Assembly (NCBI GenBank): GCA_024704765.1
Contig: JAKMXF010000163.1
Span: 1 to 16,673 of the forward strand
Source of the DNA: Oopsacas minuta
Taxonomy: Eukaryota; Animalia; Porifera
Direction: 5' to 3'
Length of the DNA stretch: 16,673 nucleotides
Shown here: in pieces, positions 1-9,661 of the stretch
Layout: every line of letters starts with the position of its first letter
Position numbering within the stretch: the stretch's first letter is position 1
Program-made: the position numbers and the translations under genes
The notes under the pieces: generated by a model
What the model saw: the letters and a program-made list of their open reading frames with translations, nothing else
Told to the model about the DNA's origin: nothing
Databases searched by the model: none

Positions 1-384
1 TACGGACTGTTTGAAGTATGTAAATGAGACAGGAGTAGTAGTTAAATGAGGAGAATGATACGAAGCTGTAGCTACAAGATCATCAGCTCTGTAGAGTGAG
101 GCTGTATCACCGTATATATCCGCTACTATTACGTGATTCTTAACCACAAATACACCAGCTAGTGTATCTAATTAAAGATTTCTAACTCCACCTCTATCAA
201 CACCAGATGCTACAGGGATGTTTCTCTTCTTTGGGTGGAGCTGTCCACGTAGGATCGTTATCAGTGTCGATAGCGAATGAAGGAATGTCTATTCTGTTGT
301 TGTAATAGTGACGGATCTTTCTTTGTATTAAATTATATATTTCCTTCAAATACTTATCCTCCTTATTCTTCCTGACGAGATATT
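1..384 (-). pseudogene. Possible degraded NHL-repeat/beta-propeller gene remnant abutting the truncated ABCC gene
   Basis: Minus-strand frames give LEYLVRKNKEDKYLKEIYNLIQRKIRHYY (helical, charged), then after a shift ...HPKKRNIPVASGVDRGGVRNL*LDTLAGVFVVKNHVIVADIYGDTASLY..., loosely resembling the start of the NHL region (V-I-V-A-D strand). The similarity is weak and judged by eye. Confidence 0.3.
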
Positions 385-2014
385 CTAGTGATAGATAACA
401 CGAGCTAGAGCTACACGAGCTTCTGTCCTCCACTTAGTGTCACACATCTCTCTCCTACCAATGACATGTCACCTTCCCCGAATAACCGTAAGTCCTCTGT
501 CAAACAACAAACCTGCAATGCTCGTTGATAACGACAAGAATCAAAAGGCTTACTGAACAAAATGTTATCTCGAAATGTTCCAGGGAATATCCAAGGTTGT
601 TGAGAAGTATACGAAGTATCACCAGTTAGTTTGATATGACCAGACATACCGAGTAATTCATTGATAAGACATAAGCAGATTAGACTTGCCTGAACTGATG
701 GGACCTGTTATAACCACTAATTGAGCTCTATCTACTCTCAAATTGATCTTTTTTAATATAAGACTATTTCTATTCTTCTCTTCTGTTCCACTCCAAGAAG
801 CTGAGAGATCTACCATTTCAATGGAAGCTTTTTGGAACAAGGGAGAATGTGTCAGACTTGAGTCTACGTTCTCTGGAAGTTCTAGAATATTCTGAATTCG
901 TTTTAGAGCAATTACAGACTCTCTTGCTGTCAAAACTCCAGTCCCGAAGTATAGAATAGTGTCAGATCGAAGTTAGCTGAAAATTAGAAAAGCAAATGCT
1001 AACTTAGATGGTGTCAATGGATTATCATTAGCAGCAATACTCAGAGTAAATAAGGAATAATGCAATGAATATGCTACTGTTGTAGAGTGAGATAGTTATA
1101 CTTTGACAGAAACAAGTTAAACTTGCATATCGTATTTCCTTCCTTCTTATCTCTTTGATTTGTTTGATAAAAGAATCCTCCCAAACATAGAATTTTATCA
1201 CTCGCATCCCTCTAATTATCTGATCCATCAATTCTATCCGTTTGTCTCCTGTTATTGATTGAAGATATCTGAAATGACCAAATAAATAGCCAACAACCAA
1301 CTGAATTGGTACATGTAAAGTTATAAAGACAATACCAATCAAGCCTACAGGTCTAACGTAAACGTATGTAAGTAAAAGTGCCACAAGAAGTAAGATAGGA
1401 CAAGTCCACAGGTAGTTCCAAAATCCTACACCAAATTCTAGCTTATAAACGTCATTAGACATTAAGTTGATGATGTGACCGATAGATACTCTATTTATAG
1501 TAGACTATTGTAGCTTCATAGCTCTCTTGAACAGAGCAGTAGTACAAACTATCCTCAGTTACATTGCGATTGCAAACCCGTAAATATGGTTAATAGCATG
1601 GTTATACATTAGGTATATTATTATTAACGATATTATTATCCCATAAGCGAGTGAAGGACCCAAAGCATTATCTTCAATAAGACTTGATGATAGATATGAT
1701 ACTAGTATAGGTAAGATTAGTAGAAGTAAACCTTCTATTAGGGTTAATATTTTTGCAATAATGAAATAATTTTTCATAGCTTTTGTAAGTGCTATCTTGA
1801 TATCAGGCCTTGTTCTCTTCTTCAACTCTCTCTGCTAACATTTTTCAAATATATCATATAAATATTCAGAACATTGTTCTCTTGGACAAGGAAATATGTC
1901 TTCTTGCTTTAAAGTATTTCTAAATCCTTTTAGAATCAATTTCTCGAGCCATAAGAATGTGATTTGAAAGATCACGTTTCCTCTATAATCTAACTTTCTA
2001 GGATTAATATACAT
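385..2014 (-). pseudogene. ABCC4: ABCC4/MRP4-like ABC transporter pseudogene (N-terminus, TMD1, NBD1 up to the signature motif), intronless, truncated
   Basis: From ATG 2014: MYINPRKLDYRGNVIFQITFLWLEKLILKGFRNTLKQEDIFPCP... then GHIINLMSNDV, DKRIELMDQIIRGMRVIKFYVWE, Walker A GPISSGKS, Q-loop YTSQQPWIF, signature LSGGQK(ARVALARVIY). In-frame stops at 1835-1837, 1559-1561, 1505-1507, 973-975 and 385-387; frameshifts near 1050, 668 and 420. No Walker B or TMD2 follows. The symbol denotes closest family, not proven orthology. Confidence 0.92.
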
Positions 2015-2211
2015 ATAACTAAATATTCATATATGAAACTTTTCTATCATTATTGATTACTTTTCTGTATATGTCAGTTTCATGAATATTATATCGTTCA
2101 ATTACATTGATAGAAATTATCCGTGGCTTCTATTAAAATGCCTATCTAACATCTACAGATGATCACGGACAACCAGTCAAAGACCCAAATAATACCCACA
2201 TTAACACCATG

Positions 2212-2272
2212 ATTCAGGTCACTAACTAGATTGCTGGTTAGAAAATCCAGCAATCTAGTTAGTGACCTGAAT
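2212..2272. repeat. Perfect 26-bp inverted repeat with 9-nt loop
   Basis: ATTCAGGTCACTAACTAGATTGCTGG (2212-2237) / TTAGAAAAT / CCAGCAATCTAGTTAGTGACCTGAAT (2247-2272); checked base by base. Confidence 0.98.
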
Positions 2273-2643
2273 TTGTCTATTGTATTAGTAAGATTCTCTT
2301 TATGAGATTTCAGTGTGATGTCTCCATTCTCAGTAACTGCTACCAGTATTTTCATTACACTACCACGTTCTTCTGTTATAGGGACACATTTCTTCTTTCG
2401 ACAGCTGCTAAATGCTAATCACTCTTCTTGCGTTATGATGAAAGGTCTCGCCTTCACCCAATTGTTAACGGCTTCTCACCGATACACTTCTCGCTTGCAT
2501 TTTACCATACATCTCACAGATAGAGCACATAATACATTTTCGCTTAAATCATATTCCACCCAAGCATGTTGATTCCTCCAGGTAGGATTATAAACTAGGC
2601 TATTCTTATAAGTTCTCATGTACTAGTTAGTTTCAAGTGCTAC

Positions 2644-2760
2644 CAAGGGGGATGAGAGAGATGACAGCCCCATTCTTTTTGTATTACAAAACGGTGAAAA
2701 TGCGTGACACAATTAGGGGAGGGGTCAAAATGGTTTTTAACGTTTGAACTGCCCCTTTGG
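2644..2760 (-). mobile_element. Fragment of a short non-autonomous DNA-transposon-like repeat
   Basis: GC-richer island; minus strand reads AAGGGGCAGTTCAAACGTTAAAAACCATTTTGACCCCTCCCCTAATTGTGTCACGC, resembling ends of widespread invertebrate MITEs. Only a rough terminal inversion (CCAAGGGG ... CCCCTTTGG); no TSD shown. Confidence 0.3.
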
Positions 2761-2829
2761 GAGCGCATAGAGTAGAAATATTGGTAGTATTCTCTTATAG
2801 GGATCTTGTGATTTATATACCAAATCAGA

Positions 2830-3525
2830 TGCTTTGTAGACATCAGAAAAAACTAGCTTTTAATTCCTTTCCTGATGAAAATGAGAGAGAACTTTGTAAG
2901 GTTGTTGCACTCATGGAGAGACCATTTAGAGCCGATGACTCTAAATGGTCTCTCCATGAGCATTACTCTAACTAATGGATTCATCCATCTATCAGCTGGT
3001 ACAACACTTGTTAAGATACAAAGATCAAACAACAAACAACAAAATCGGTTAAACAAGAGGAAGGCGTCCGAGGAATCGATATTTATAGAAACAGTAAGAC
3101 ATATGCATGTGAAATGAACAACCAATCAATCCTCGTGCTTGATATGAATCTAAAATTCCATAAACGAATAGTTCTCCATACTCCTCATGTTAGAGATTAG
3201 ACAAGGATTTGTTCCATAAAACTATATGAAGATAACATGTATGTAATGTTTAATAACCCTCCTTTCATTCTACAAATATTCTCTCTAGACGGATAGGTAG
3301 TCAGAAGTATGAGTGACCCAAACGTTATTAAGATGTAAAACTAATCAAAATATTCTCCAATTCAGGAGACCTAATCCACACAATCTCTAACAGTACTCTA
3401 TTAAAGTATGAGCTTTACCACCCTCAAGGAATAGCTATTGACAAGAAGAACAAGATTCTTAATTGTTGTGGCTCAAGAAAACAAATTATACCCTCATAAC
3501 ACCTCTAAACTCTTTCTTGCATTCC
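2830..3525 (+). pseudogene. NHL-repeat (TRIM71/brat-like beta-propeller) pseudogene
   Basis: Pieced frames: ENFVRLL...SITLTNGFIHLSAGTTLVKIQ / KSVKQEEGVRGIDIYRNSKTYACEMNNQSILVLDMNLKF...D*TRICSIKLYEDNMYVMFNNPPFILQIFSLDG*VVRS / IKIFSNSGDLIHTI...YHPQGIAIDKKNKI. Clear paralogue of 15034-15625 (shared SIKLYEDNMYVMF). Stops, frameshifts and loss of the FFSIDQLGNIIVAD blade. Boundaries approximate. Confidence 0.82.
2910..2960. repeat. Perfect 22-bp inverted repeat with 7-nt loop inside the NHL pseudogene
   Basis: CTCATGGAGAGACCATTTAGAG (2910-2931) / CCGATGA / CTCTAAATGGTCTCTCCATGAG (2939-2960). Confidence 0.98.
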
Positions 3526-3767
3526 TTAAACTTTTCTACACATTGCATTGTTCTTTCTTAGACATAGTGTAGTTTCTAATTCTTTAGCTGAGGACATTTA
3601 TATCAATATGGTATACCTGGGGTAATGGTAGCGAGTCCACACACGTATCCATCGAATGGGCTTGGTTTCTCCCGGGAAGCAGCATGCTTATACACCAGTA
3701 ATATATACTAAACCGAAAATATACTTACTACTGTTTTATTATAATGTTTTTACTGCTAAAACTCAAG

Positions 3768-3817
3768 CAAACTAACAAACAAACAAACAAACTAATAAAA
3801 GGGTAAACAAACAAACA
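3768..3817 (+). repeat. Interrupted (CAAA)n microsatellite
   Basis: CAAACTAACAAACAAACAAACAAACTAATAAAAGGGTAAACAAACAAACA, downstream of the 7-TM gene stop (minus strand). Confidence 0.8.
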
Positions 3818-3898
3818 GATGTAAATCAATTCAGAGACGCCATGAACAATATCAAGTTTGAAAGTATGTAACATAGTTTCAGGAAATGTATGTAAGAT

Positions 3899-4969
3899 CT
3901 AGAAATGACCTTTAAAGTGTGTTTTGTATCCAGTCCTGCCTCTTACAAGTCTCCATATAGTAACATACATTGTAGCTAATCCATACACAATATACGGTAT
4001 GAAGATTAACGCAGTACCTATCCAACAAATGATATAGTTAAGAGTAGTGATTATCTTATTAACCTCTGTGAATATATAGTTATCAATATGAATATATTCA
4101 CAGGAAGAACTATCCAGTCTCTGAGTATCATTGTAGTGTAATAGTATCTTAAAAGTTAGTAGAATATTTTCTACATATTCTGATAGAAGTAATAGTATAA
4201 CTCCTAACGATAGTAGTAATATTATTTTGTTGAACTTATCCTTCATTCTAATTTGTTTTATTAGTAGTCTTCTGTTCTTTTGACATTTCTCCAAATCTGC
4301 TATTTTCCAGTCAATTACCATGTTAAGTCTCTTTACTTGTGTTACAGCGAGTATCAATGCTATTGTAGATAGAATTACATAGAACCATCTACCTATTACT
4401 GGGCATAAATTTATCATTAACTGGTTGACAACCAAGTACAGCAAAAATATGCAGATTATCTGTGGTATTCCATTTGATCTTACCCATCTTATCCGTGTAT
4501 ATCTAGCTGATAAGTATCTGCATAAACATGCAACTAATATTACACTCAATGAGCCTAAAGCTTTTCCTAACAGCAATGAGTTAGAATAGATGAATGAATG
4601 AATATTTAATTCATTGCGGGTGAAGAGACAAGAAATGTATTGTTGATAAGAAGTATCATTATTGATTGTTTGATTGTGGCAATTTGTGATAACTAGCGTT
4701 AAATTGACCATTGATAGGACATAAAGGAAAAAGAACGCTATCCATTCTATGATGTTCATTAAGAATAGAAATACATTCTTAACGAACTCTGTTTCAGCAT
4801 TGTAAGCTATTTGATAATTTTCTCCTTGGTGTAGACATCCTACAGCACTTCTGTAGCTATTCCATTTCTGTCTAATCGTTTCTAGTAAATATACAAACCA
4901 GACACAGAACACAAATGTCATAAATACAACACTAACACCTTCTATAACTATTGAGACTAATAACCACAT
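3899..4969 (-). CDS. Orphan seven-transmembrane protein (356 aa, GPCR-like topology), intronless; N-terminus may extend into the gap
   Basis: Uninterrupted ORF with seven hydrophobic stretches. Basic loops follow segments 1, 3, 5 and 7; N-glycosylation sequons (NQT, NDT, NDT) and Cys lie in loops after segments 2 and 6. The ATG is 5 nt from the N gap with no upstream in-frame stop visible. Confidence 0.85.
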   Translation of the reverse strand: MWLLVSIVIEGVSVVFMTFVFCVWFVYLLETIRQKWNSYRSAVGCLHQGENYQIAYNAETEFVKNVFLFLMNIIEWIAFFFLYVLSMVNLTLVITNCHNQTINNDTSYQQYISCLFTRNELNIHSFIYSNSLLLGKALGSLSVILVACLCRYLSARYTRIRWVRSNGIPQIICIFLLYLVVNQLMINLCPVIGRWFYVILSTIALILAVTQVKRLNMVIDWKIADLEKCQKNRRLLIKQIRMKDKFNKIILLLSLGVILLLLSEYVENILLTFKILLHYNDTQRLDSSSCEYIHIDNYIFTEVNKIITTLNYIICWIGTALIFIPYIVYGLATMYVTIWRLVRGRTGYKTHFKGHF

Positions 4970-4974
4970 TATTA

Positions 4975-5272
4975 NNNNNNNNNNNNNNNNNNNNNNNNNN
5001 NNNNNNNNNNNNNNNNNNNNNNNNNNNNNNNNNNNNNNNNNNNNNNNNNNNNNNNNNNNNNNNNNNNNNNNNNNNNNNNNNNNNNNNNNNNNNNNNNNNN
5101 NNNNNNNNNNNNNNNNNNNNNNNNNNNNNNNNNNNNNNNNNNNNNNNNNNNNNNNNNNNNNNNNNNNNNNNNNNNNNNNNNNNNNNNNNNNNNNNNNNNN
5201 NNNNNNNNNNNNNNNNNNNNNNNNNNNNNNNNNNNNNNNNNNNNNNNNNNNNNNNNNNNNNNNNNNNNNNNN
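4975..5272. other. Assembly gap (298 N)
   Basis: Run of N; ORFs reported across it are artefacts. Confidence 1.
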
Positions 5273-5601
5273 ATTGATCTTTTGGGATCCACAATCAAAT
5301 TTGGTATATCTAGATTTACAAAAATGAGAAAAAAGTCAAAGTACAAATAGCTATCAGGCCACACGCAAGCAAATTAAAAATGGTCAAACCTGCACAGAGT
5401 TATACAAGCAAAGGTAAAGGTGAAGGCAATTACCTAACCTAGCACTATATATATATGTACATTATACTAATTTCACAACCGAGAGAAGTTGAGTAGCAAC
5501 AAATATTGTAAAAACGCTATAAATCAAAGACATGATTGAAATATTGTATGAAAAATAAAAATAATAATCAGAATGAATTCGAAAGACTAGGAGGCCAAAA
5601 G

Positions 5602-5650
5602 TCTGGTGGGGGGGATATATCCCCCTATCTCCCCCCTGGATCCGCCACTG
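5602..5650 (+). mobile_element. Right end of a non-autonomous hAT-type element (TIR CAGTGGCGGATCCAGG)
   Basis: 5635-5650 CCTGGATCCGCCACTG is the exact reverse complement of 16434-16449. The subterminal CTGGTGGGGGGGATAT motif is shared with 16453 onward. Followed by TCTGTATG (5651-5658). The inner boundary is unknown and may extend to the gap. Confidence 0.85.
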
Positions 5651-5709
5651 TCTGTATGTATAGTCAAATAGTATTTTAAACAATTGCAAATTATACTCCA
5701 ATAATAGAA

Positions 5710-6556
5710 ATGGAAAAACATCAATCGAAGAATGCTCGTAGGTCTGCTGAAGTGAAAGAATGGACCTTGACTACTCCCTCAAAAAGCAGCCTGTCATAGC
5801 TGTAGGGGAGAGAGGGAGAGCTAATAACGAACTATATTACGCTAGAGGTCTAGCTTTATATGAACCTAATCAGCTGATATACATAGCTGATTGGGCAACC
5901 GTTGTATACAAGTAGTTACATTTGAGGGAATCTTTGTCACTAACTTCGGACAATTCATACTTAAGAATCCATGGGGTGTTGCAGTAACAGAAGATCCGTC
6001 TTCATTACGGACTTTATCCTTCAGATGCTTTGTTCCAATTCAGTGATCTCAAGGTAATAAGAGCTGGTACCAGAGGATCAAGAAAGGGAGAGCTAAACAA
6101 TCCACTTGGACTCAATACACACTACAATGGAGACTTGTATGTAGTTGATAGTAACAATAACAGAGTTTGTATTTACTCAAAAGAACTTAAATTCCAAAAT
6201 TGTTTGCATACTCGATGGCTAATTTCTCCTAAAGATGTAAAAGTAACTCCAGACAGCATAGTAGTGATGGACCACGGTCCAAACTGTGTCCACTTCTACA
6301 CTCGTGTGTTTCTCAGGGGGAATATGGTTTGGTTCGGGACCCTTTCTTCTTCTGTTTGGATCCAGCAGGGAACATTCTCAGTAGCGATTATTCCAATCAC
6401 AATATCAAGATACTCTCTCCCTCAGGAGAGCTAATCCATCGCATAAGTTGGGAATACTGGTGCGGATCACTTGAGCAATTTGGGATTTGTATTTCTGGAT
6501 TAAGAACGATATTCATAACATCTAATAGTTATAAATATTGTTTAATATTACTTTAG
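5710..6556 (+). pseudogene. NHL-repeat (TRIM71-like) pseudogene, 5'-truncated, multiple frameshifts
   Basis: Pieced frames: EVKEW/DYSLKKQPVIAVGERGRANNELYYARGLALYEPNQLIYIADW/NRCIQVVTFEGIFVTNFGQFILKNPWGVAVTED/FITD/LFQFSDLKVIRAGTRGSRKGELNNPLGL...GDLYVVDSNNNRVCIYS...PKDVKVTPDSIVVMD/DPFFFCLDPAGNILSSDYSNHNIKILSPSGELIHRI. These are canonical NHL blades (P-x-G-[VL]-A, [IV]-[YV]-V-x-D, NNR). Confidence 0.9.
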
Positions 6557-6654
6557 TAGTTTCTTTCTCTTGTTAATTAATGTTCTGATATAACACTATA
6601 ATCTGATAGGGCTAAAATACAGAGGTGTCAAAAGGTGTGAAATATACACAGTAT

Positions 6655-6870
6655 TAGTCGGCACAGTAAAAAACCTTATGCGACGCGTCGCATAGCTCTT
6701 TTTTCCTGTATTCGTTGCTACTTGATTGGATGTTGTTTTTGGGCATTTTGAGAAACCCCTGTCTGGAGGGCATAGGGGGGATATCGCTAAATAACCTTAC
6801 AAACTCAGAATTAATATTGAATAAAGTTATGTGAGGCTTAGAATAAGGTTTGTAAATACCTCTCAACGTG
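6655..6870 (+). mobile_element. Interspersed repeat fragment starting TTAGTCGGCACAG, containing an 18-bp palindrome
   Basis: The start matches TTAAGTCGGCACAG at 15714. AATCTGATAGG..AAAATA at about 6600 recurs at about 15784. Palindrome TATGCGACGCGTCGCATA at 6677-6694. The end coordinate is approximate and the family is unassigned. Confidence 0.4.
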
Positions 6871-6959
6871 TGTATGTATTTTATTTTACATGTTATGTAG
6901 TTGATGGATTAATGCCTATCTGAGGTACAAGAGTGAAGAGGTACACCATGGTACACGGA

Positions 6960-6990
6960 CAGTGGAGGATCCAGGGATTGCTGGTGGGGG
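6960..6990 (+). mobile_element. Left end of another copy of the CAGTGGCGGATCCAGG hAT-type family (diverged)
   Basis: CAGTGGAGGATCCAGGGATTGCTGGTGGGGG versus CAGTGGCGGATCCAGGAATATCTGGTGGGGG at 16434. No partner right end found downstream; the preceding 8-mer is TACACGGA. Confidence 0.7.
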
Positions 6991-7351
6991 AAATAATTAA
7001 AAATGAATATTTTGGCCCATTTTAGTAAGGCATCTCAAATTCGAGTGTATTAGTTGATAAATAGGCCAATTATTCTGTAGTGTTATTCTAGGTCATTTTG
7101 AGGCATTCTTGGTTTTGTTGGAGTATATATTAGCAGTGGACTACTGGCTCTAACTGATTGATGTGTTTAGGTAATTTTAAATTCCTTTAAGTTATACAAT
7201 TTATTAAATTCATACGAAGGATGTCTAAACTCATATCTTCAGATGCGTGACTGGTTTGGGAGGGTAGCATGTCTATCATGTAAACTGGTAACCTATTTAG
7301 GGTAATAGATGGATCCCAAGAGTGTTCTTACAATAATAACTACCTTTGTGG

Positions 7352-7610
7352 TGATTAATCATATTTTCACACCTTTCTATGCAATAAAAAAGCAAGCTAG
7401 AGATTAGGTTTCAACATGTAGTCAGGGGTAATTGGGTGCATAGAGTCCGATTTTGAGAATTTTAGAGCTCAAAAGTAACTAATTCACAGATTTATCATAT
7501 GATTAATCATATTTCACACCTTTTCGCATATTTTCAAATCATGCTAGAGATTTAGTTTTGACTGTTAGTAAGGGGTAATCGAGCATGTAGATCCCATAAC
7601 CGTGAGCTGC
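7352..7610 (+). repeat. Diverged direct repeat, period about 148 bp
   Basis: TGATTAATCATAT(T)TTCACACCTTT...GCTAGAGATT...AGGGGTAAT occurs from 7352 and again from 7500. A partial earlier AGGGTAAT...GATCCCA lies near 7297. Confidence 0.7.
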
Positions 7611-7801
7611 ACTACCAGTCTGTCAGCTAGACATTATTTCATATAAATAAAGATTTGTGAGAAATTTTCTCTGATTAAGATCATGGATCTTATGAAACAA
7701 TATAAAATCAAATCCGCACAAAGAGTAAATTCAACAAATCAGTAGAATAATAGCATATGAATAAATATATACAAGTAGAGATAGAGGGTGTGATTAATTG
7801 C

Positions 7802-8935
7802 TCATGCCTGCTTCCTCTTACCGTAATGAGATGCCTTACGTAACCTCGTCATGTCTAACAGCTTCTCCACTAACTTATTAACTCCCCACGAGCTAACTAG
7901 ACACCCTACCAGTAGTGTATATTGCTGTGTCGCTAGTAGATAATAGAATAAATATATCAAAGGTATAGCAGATAATATAAACCAGAATATTGATACATAT
8001 GTACACACTGCTGGCAAGTCAAACCCTCTCAACTCTAGAGGGAACCTCCCATTATCTCTATGGTATTGCACGAGTCTATCTTTCTCTCTGAACAGTTGAT
8101 ACAACCACTCAGTACTCTGCTGCTCACTACCAGCTGGTATTGATCCTATCGGATAGAATCCCAGCATTACGTCACAAAATATTTCATCACCATTAAGCAC
8201 AGAGCTTACATTAGCAGTCTCGGGAGTTACAATAGTAATGTCTACAAGATATTCTAGTAGGGGATCATCTCTGAGGGCAGTGACTAGTGTGTGGAAGCCT
8301 CGTGACCTAGGAGTAAGGTGGTGAGTGAATACAGGTAATCCCTTCTTATTAGCTATCGCTATAGACTGTTTGTGCTTCTCAGTAGTGAACCTTGTACCCT
8401 CTGGAAGAATAGCAAGAGCAAATCTGGTCGGAGACTCAGTCATCTTCTTAGCACATCTCCATATATGTTTCAGGTCTCTAGCAGAGTCTCTCTTAACAAA
8501 TATCCAACCTGATAAGTAGAATGACCACCCGATACCAGGAATATATCTAATTATCTCCTTAGCTATAGCTATCATATTCCCTAGCATCCGCGATCTATTC
8601 ACAAGACCAAACCCAACCAACCAATCTATTTCTCCTGCGTGATTCATAGTAACCAGCTGGTGGTCTGAGAGGGTAGCAGAACATAGTTTCACACATTTGT
8701 CATATTCTCCTGCTACCCGAATTCTAACCCGTGCTATCTTCTCTGCAGTGAATACACATATTCCTAGCGGACTGTAAGCTAACAACTGGTTAAGTCTAGC
8801 CCAGTAAATACGCGATAGGAAGGAGAGAGGATATACTAATGCTTGTAAGAAGCTACATATGAATGCAGACAGCAAGACAGTGTATACAATGTATAATTGT
8901 ACTGCTCTCAGACGTAACAGTATGTGAGATTGCAT
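7802..8935 (-). CDS. AGPAT3: 1-acyl-sn-glycerol-3-phosphate acyltransferase, AGPAT3/AGPAT4 (LPAAT gamma/delta)-like, intronless, 377 aa
   Basis: Acyltransferase motifs NHAGEID (NHx4D), GW...IFVKR, LPEGTRF and the AGPAT3/4-type LPVFTHHLTPRSRGF; N- and C-terminal TM segments; basic C-terminus HYGKRKQA. AGPAT3 versus AGPAT4 cannot be resolved by eye. Confidence 0.93.
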   Translation of the reverse strand: MQSHILLRLRAVQLYIVYTVLLSAFICSFLQALVYPLSFLSRIYWARLNQLLAYSPLGICVFTAEKIARVRIRVAGEYDKCVKLCSATLSDHQLVTMNHAGEIDWLVGFGLVNRSRMLGNMIAIAKEIIRYIPGIGWSFYLSGWIFVKRDSARDLKHIWRCAKKMTESPTRFALAILPEGTRFTTEKHKQSIAIANKKGLPVFTHHLTPRSRGFHTLVTALRDDPLLEYLVDITIVTPETANVSSVLNGDEIFCDVMLGFYPIGSIPAGSEQQSTEWLYQLFREKDRLVQYHRDNGRFPLELRGFDLPAVCTYVSIFWFILSAIPLIYLFYYLLATQQYTLLVGCLVSSWGVNKLVEKLLDMTRLRKASHYGKRKQA

Positions 8936-9289
8936 TATAACTAGCTAAGTAATGAGTTGACAAGATCATTTTATTTTAGCTAATAAACTATGTACAAAGT
9001 CAGTGGGGACAATTGCTAATACAGTGTAACTATCACAAACAGGGCAATTTTGGAAACAGAGAATTAGTTCAGTTGAGTACTAGCATACAGACATTTATTG
9101 GAATAATGTAAAACTACTACTACTTATTACTTCATTGTCCCTGAACGGTGTTTATACTTGTATGCTATCCTTCCATAGGGTTCCGTTACAGAATTATGTC
9201 TACCCATCTTAACTGTGAATTGTATACAGACTATACAAGTTAATTGTAATGAATTGAATACAAATTAGTCAACAAAAGTACATATAATA

Positions 9290-9385
9290 TTATATAGAGA
9301 ATACAGTAGATAGAGGTCTGGTTAAACTCTCTCCTAACCAGCTCAGTACTCCTCCACTAGGCTTATCTTCATATTCTGGGAGCTC
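9290..9385 (-). CDS. AKTIP: AKTIP/FTS-like protein, terminal coding exon
   Basis: Acceptor CTCTAG|, phase 0, ELPEYEDKPSGGVLSWLGESLTRPLSTVFSI*. GVLSW...RPLS aligns by eye with the AKTIP C-terminal AGLSWVKPGSVQPFS. Confidence 0.75.
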   Translation of the reverse strand, partial: ELPEYEDKPSGGVLSWLGESLTRPLSTVFSI

Positions 9386-9661
9386 CTAGAGTATACAATA
9401 TGAATTATACACTAGTATAGGAATAACTTACATCACAGGTGTCGGAACTCAGAAGCAGGGATGTATTTCGGAAATGACATACTAAGCATCCTTCTAAACG
9501 ATTTCTAACAAGTTCACGACAAGACAAAAAAGTGATACTTTTTTCAGAACCAAAAATCACCGCCGTTATAACCGTATAAACATGTTGATTACGAATATCT
9601 CTTGAGTATGTGATATAGCTATGTTACTCCTATATTCTGAATAGATTCAGGCCTGAATTAC

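Noticed and set aside
2022-2116. Overlapping imperfect inverted repeats (AATATTCAT..GAAACT / AGTTTCATGAATATT; TTTCTATCA / TGATAGAAA)
   Set aside because: Short, gapped and AT-rich; compatible with chance.
2146-2560. Long minus-strand frame (about 140 codons, two TGA) that looks like a decayed gene
   Set aside because: No recognisable motif; part of it is generated by the 26-bp inverted repeat.
3608-3690. tRNA- or SINE-like GC-richer patch (GTAATGGTAGCG)
   Set aside because: No cloverleaf and no proper B box.
4932-5364. ORFs listed across the N gap
   Set aside because: Artefacts of untranslatable N.
9101-9200. Apparent exon VKMGRHNSVTEPYGRIAYKYKHRSGTMK* after a CACAG acceptor
   Set aside because: The AKTIP-like frame already terminates at 9290 with a homologous C-terminus; no recognisable similarity.
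9428-9480. MSFPKYIP resembling the NDUFB4 N-terminus, and a nearby GTAAGT donor
   Set aside because: Stops after 15 codons; lies in the AKTIP intron; no phase-compatible acceptor for the longer open frame.
9645-9658. 14-bp palindrome ATTCAGGCCTGAAT (also the 12-bp AATGAATTCATT at 15034)
   Set aside because: Palindromes of this length are expected by chance in 16 kb.
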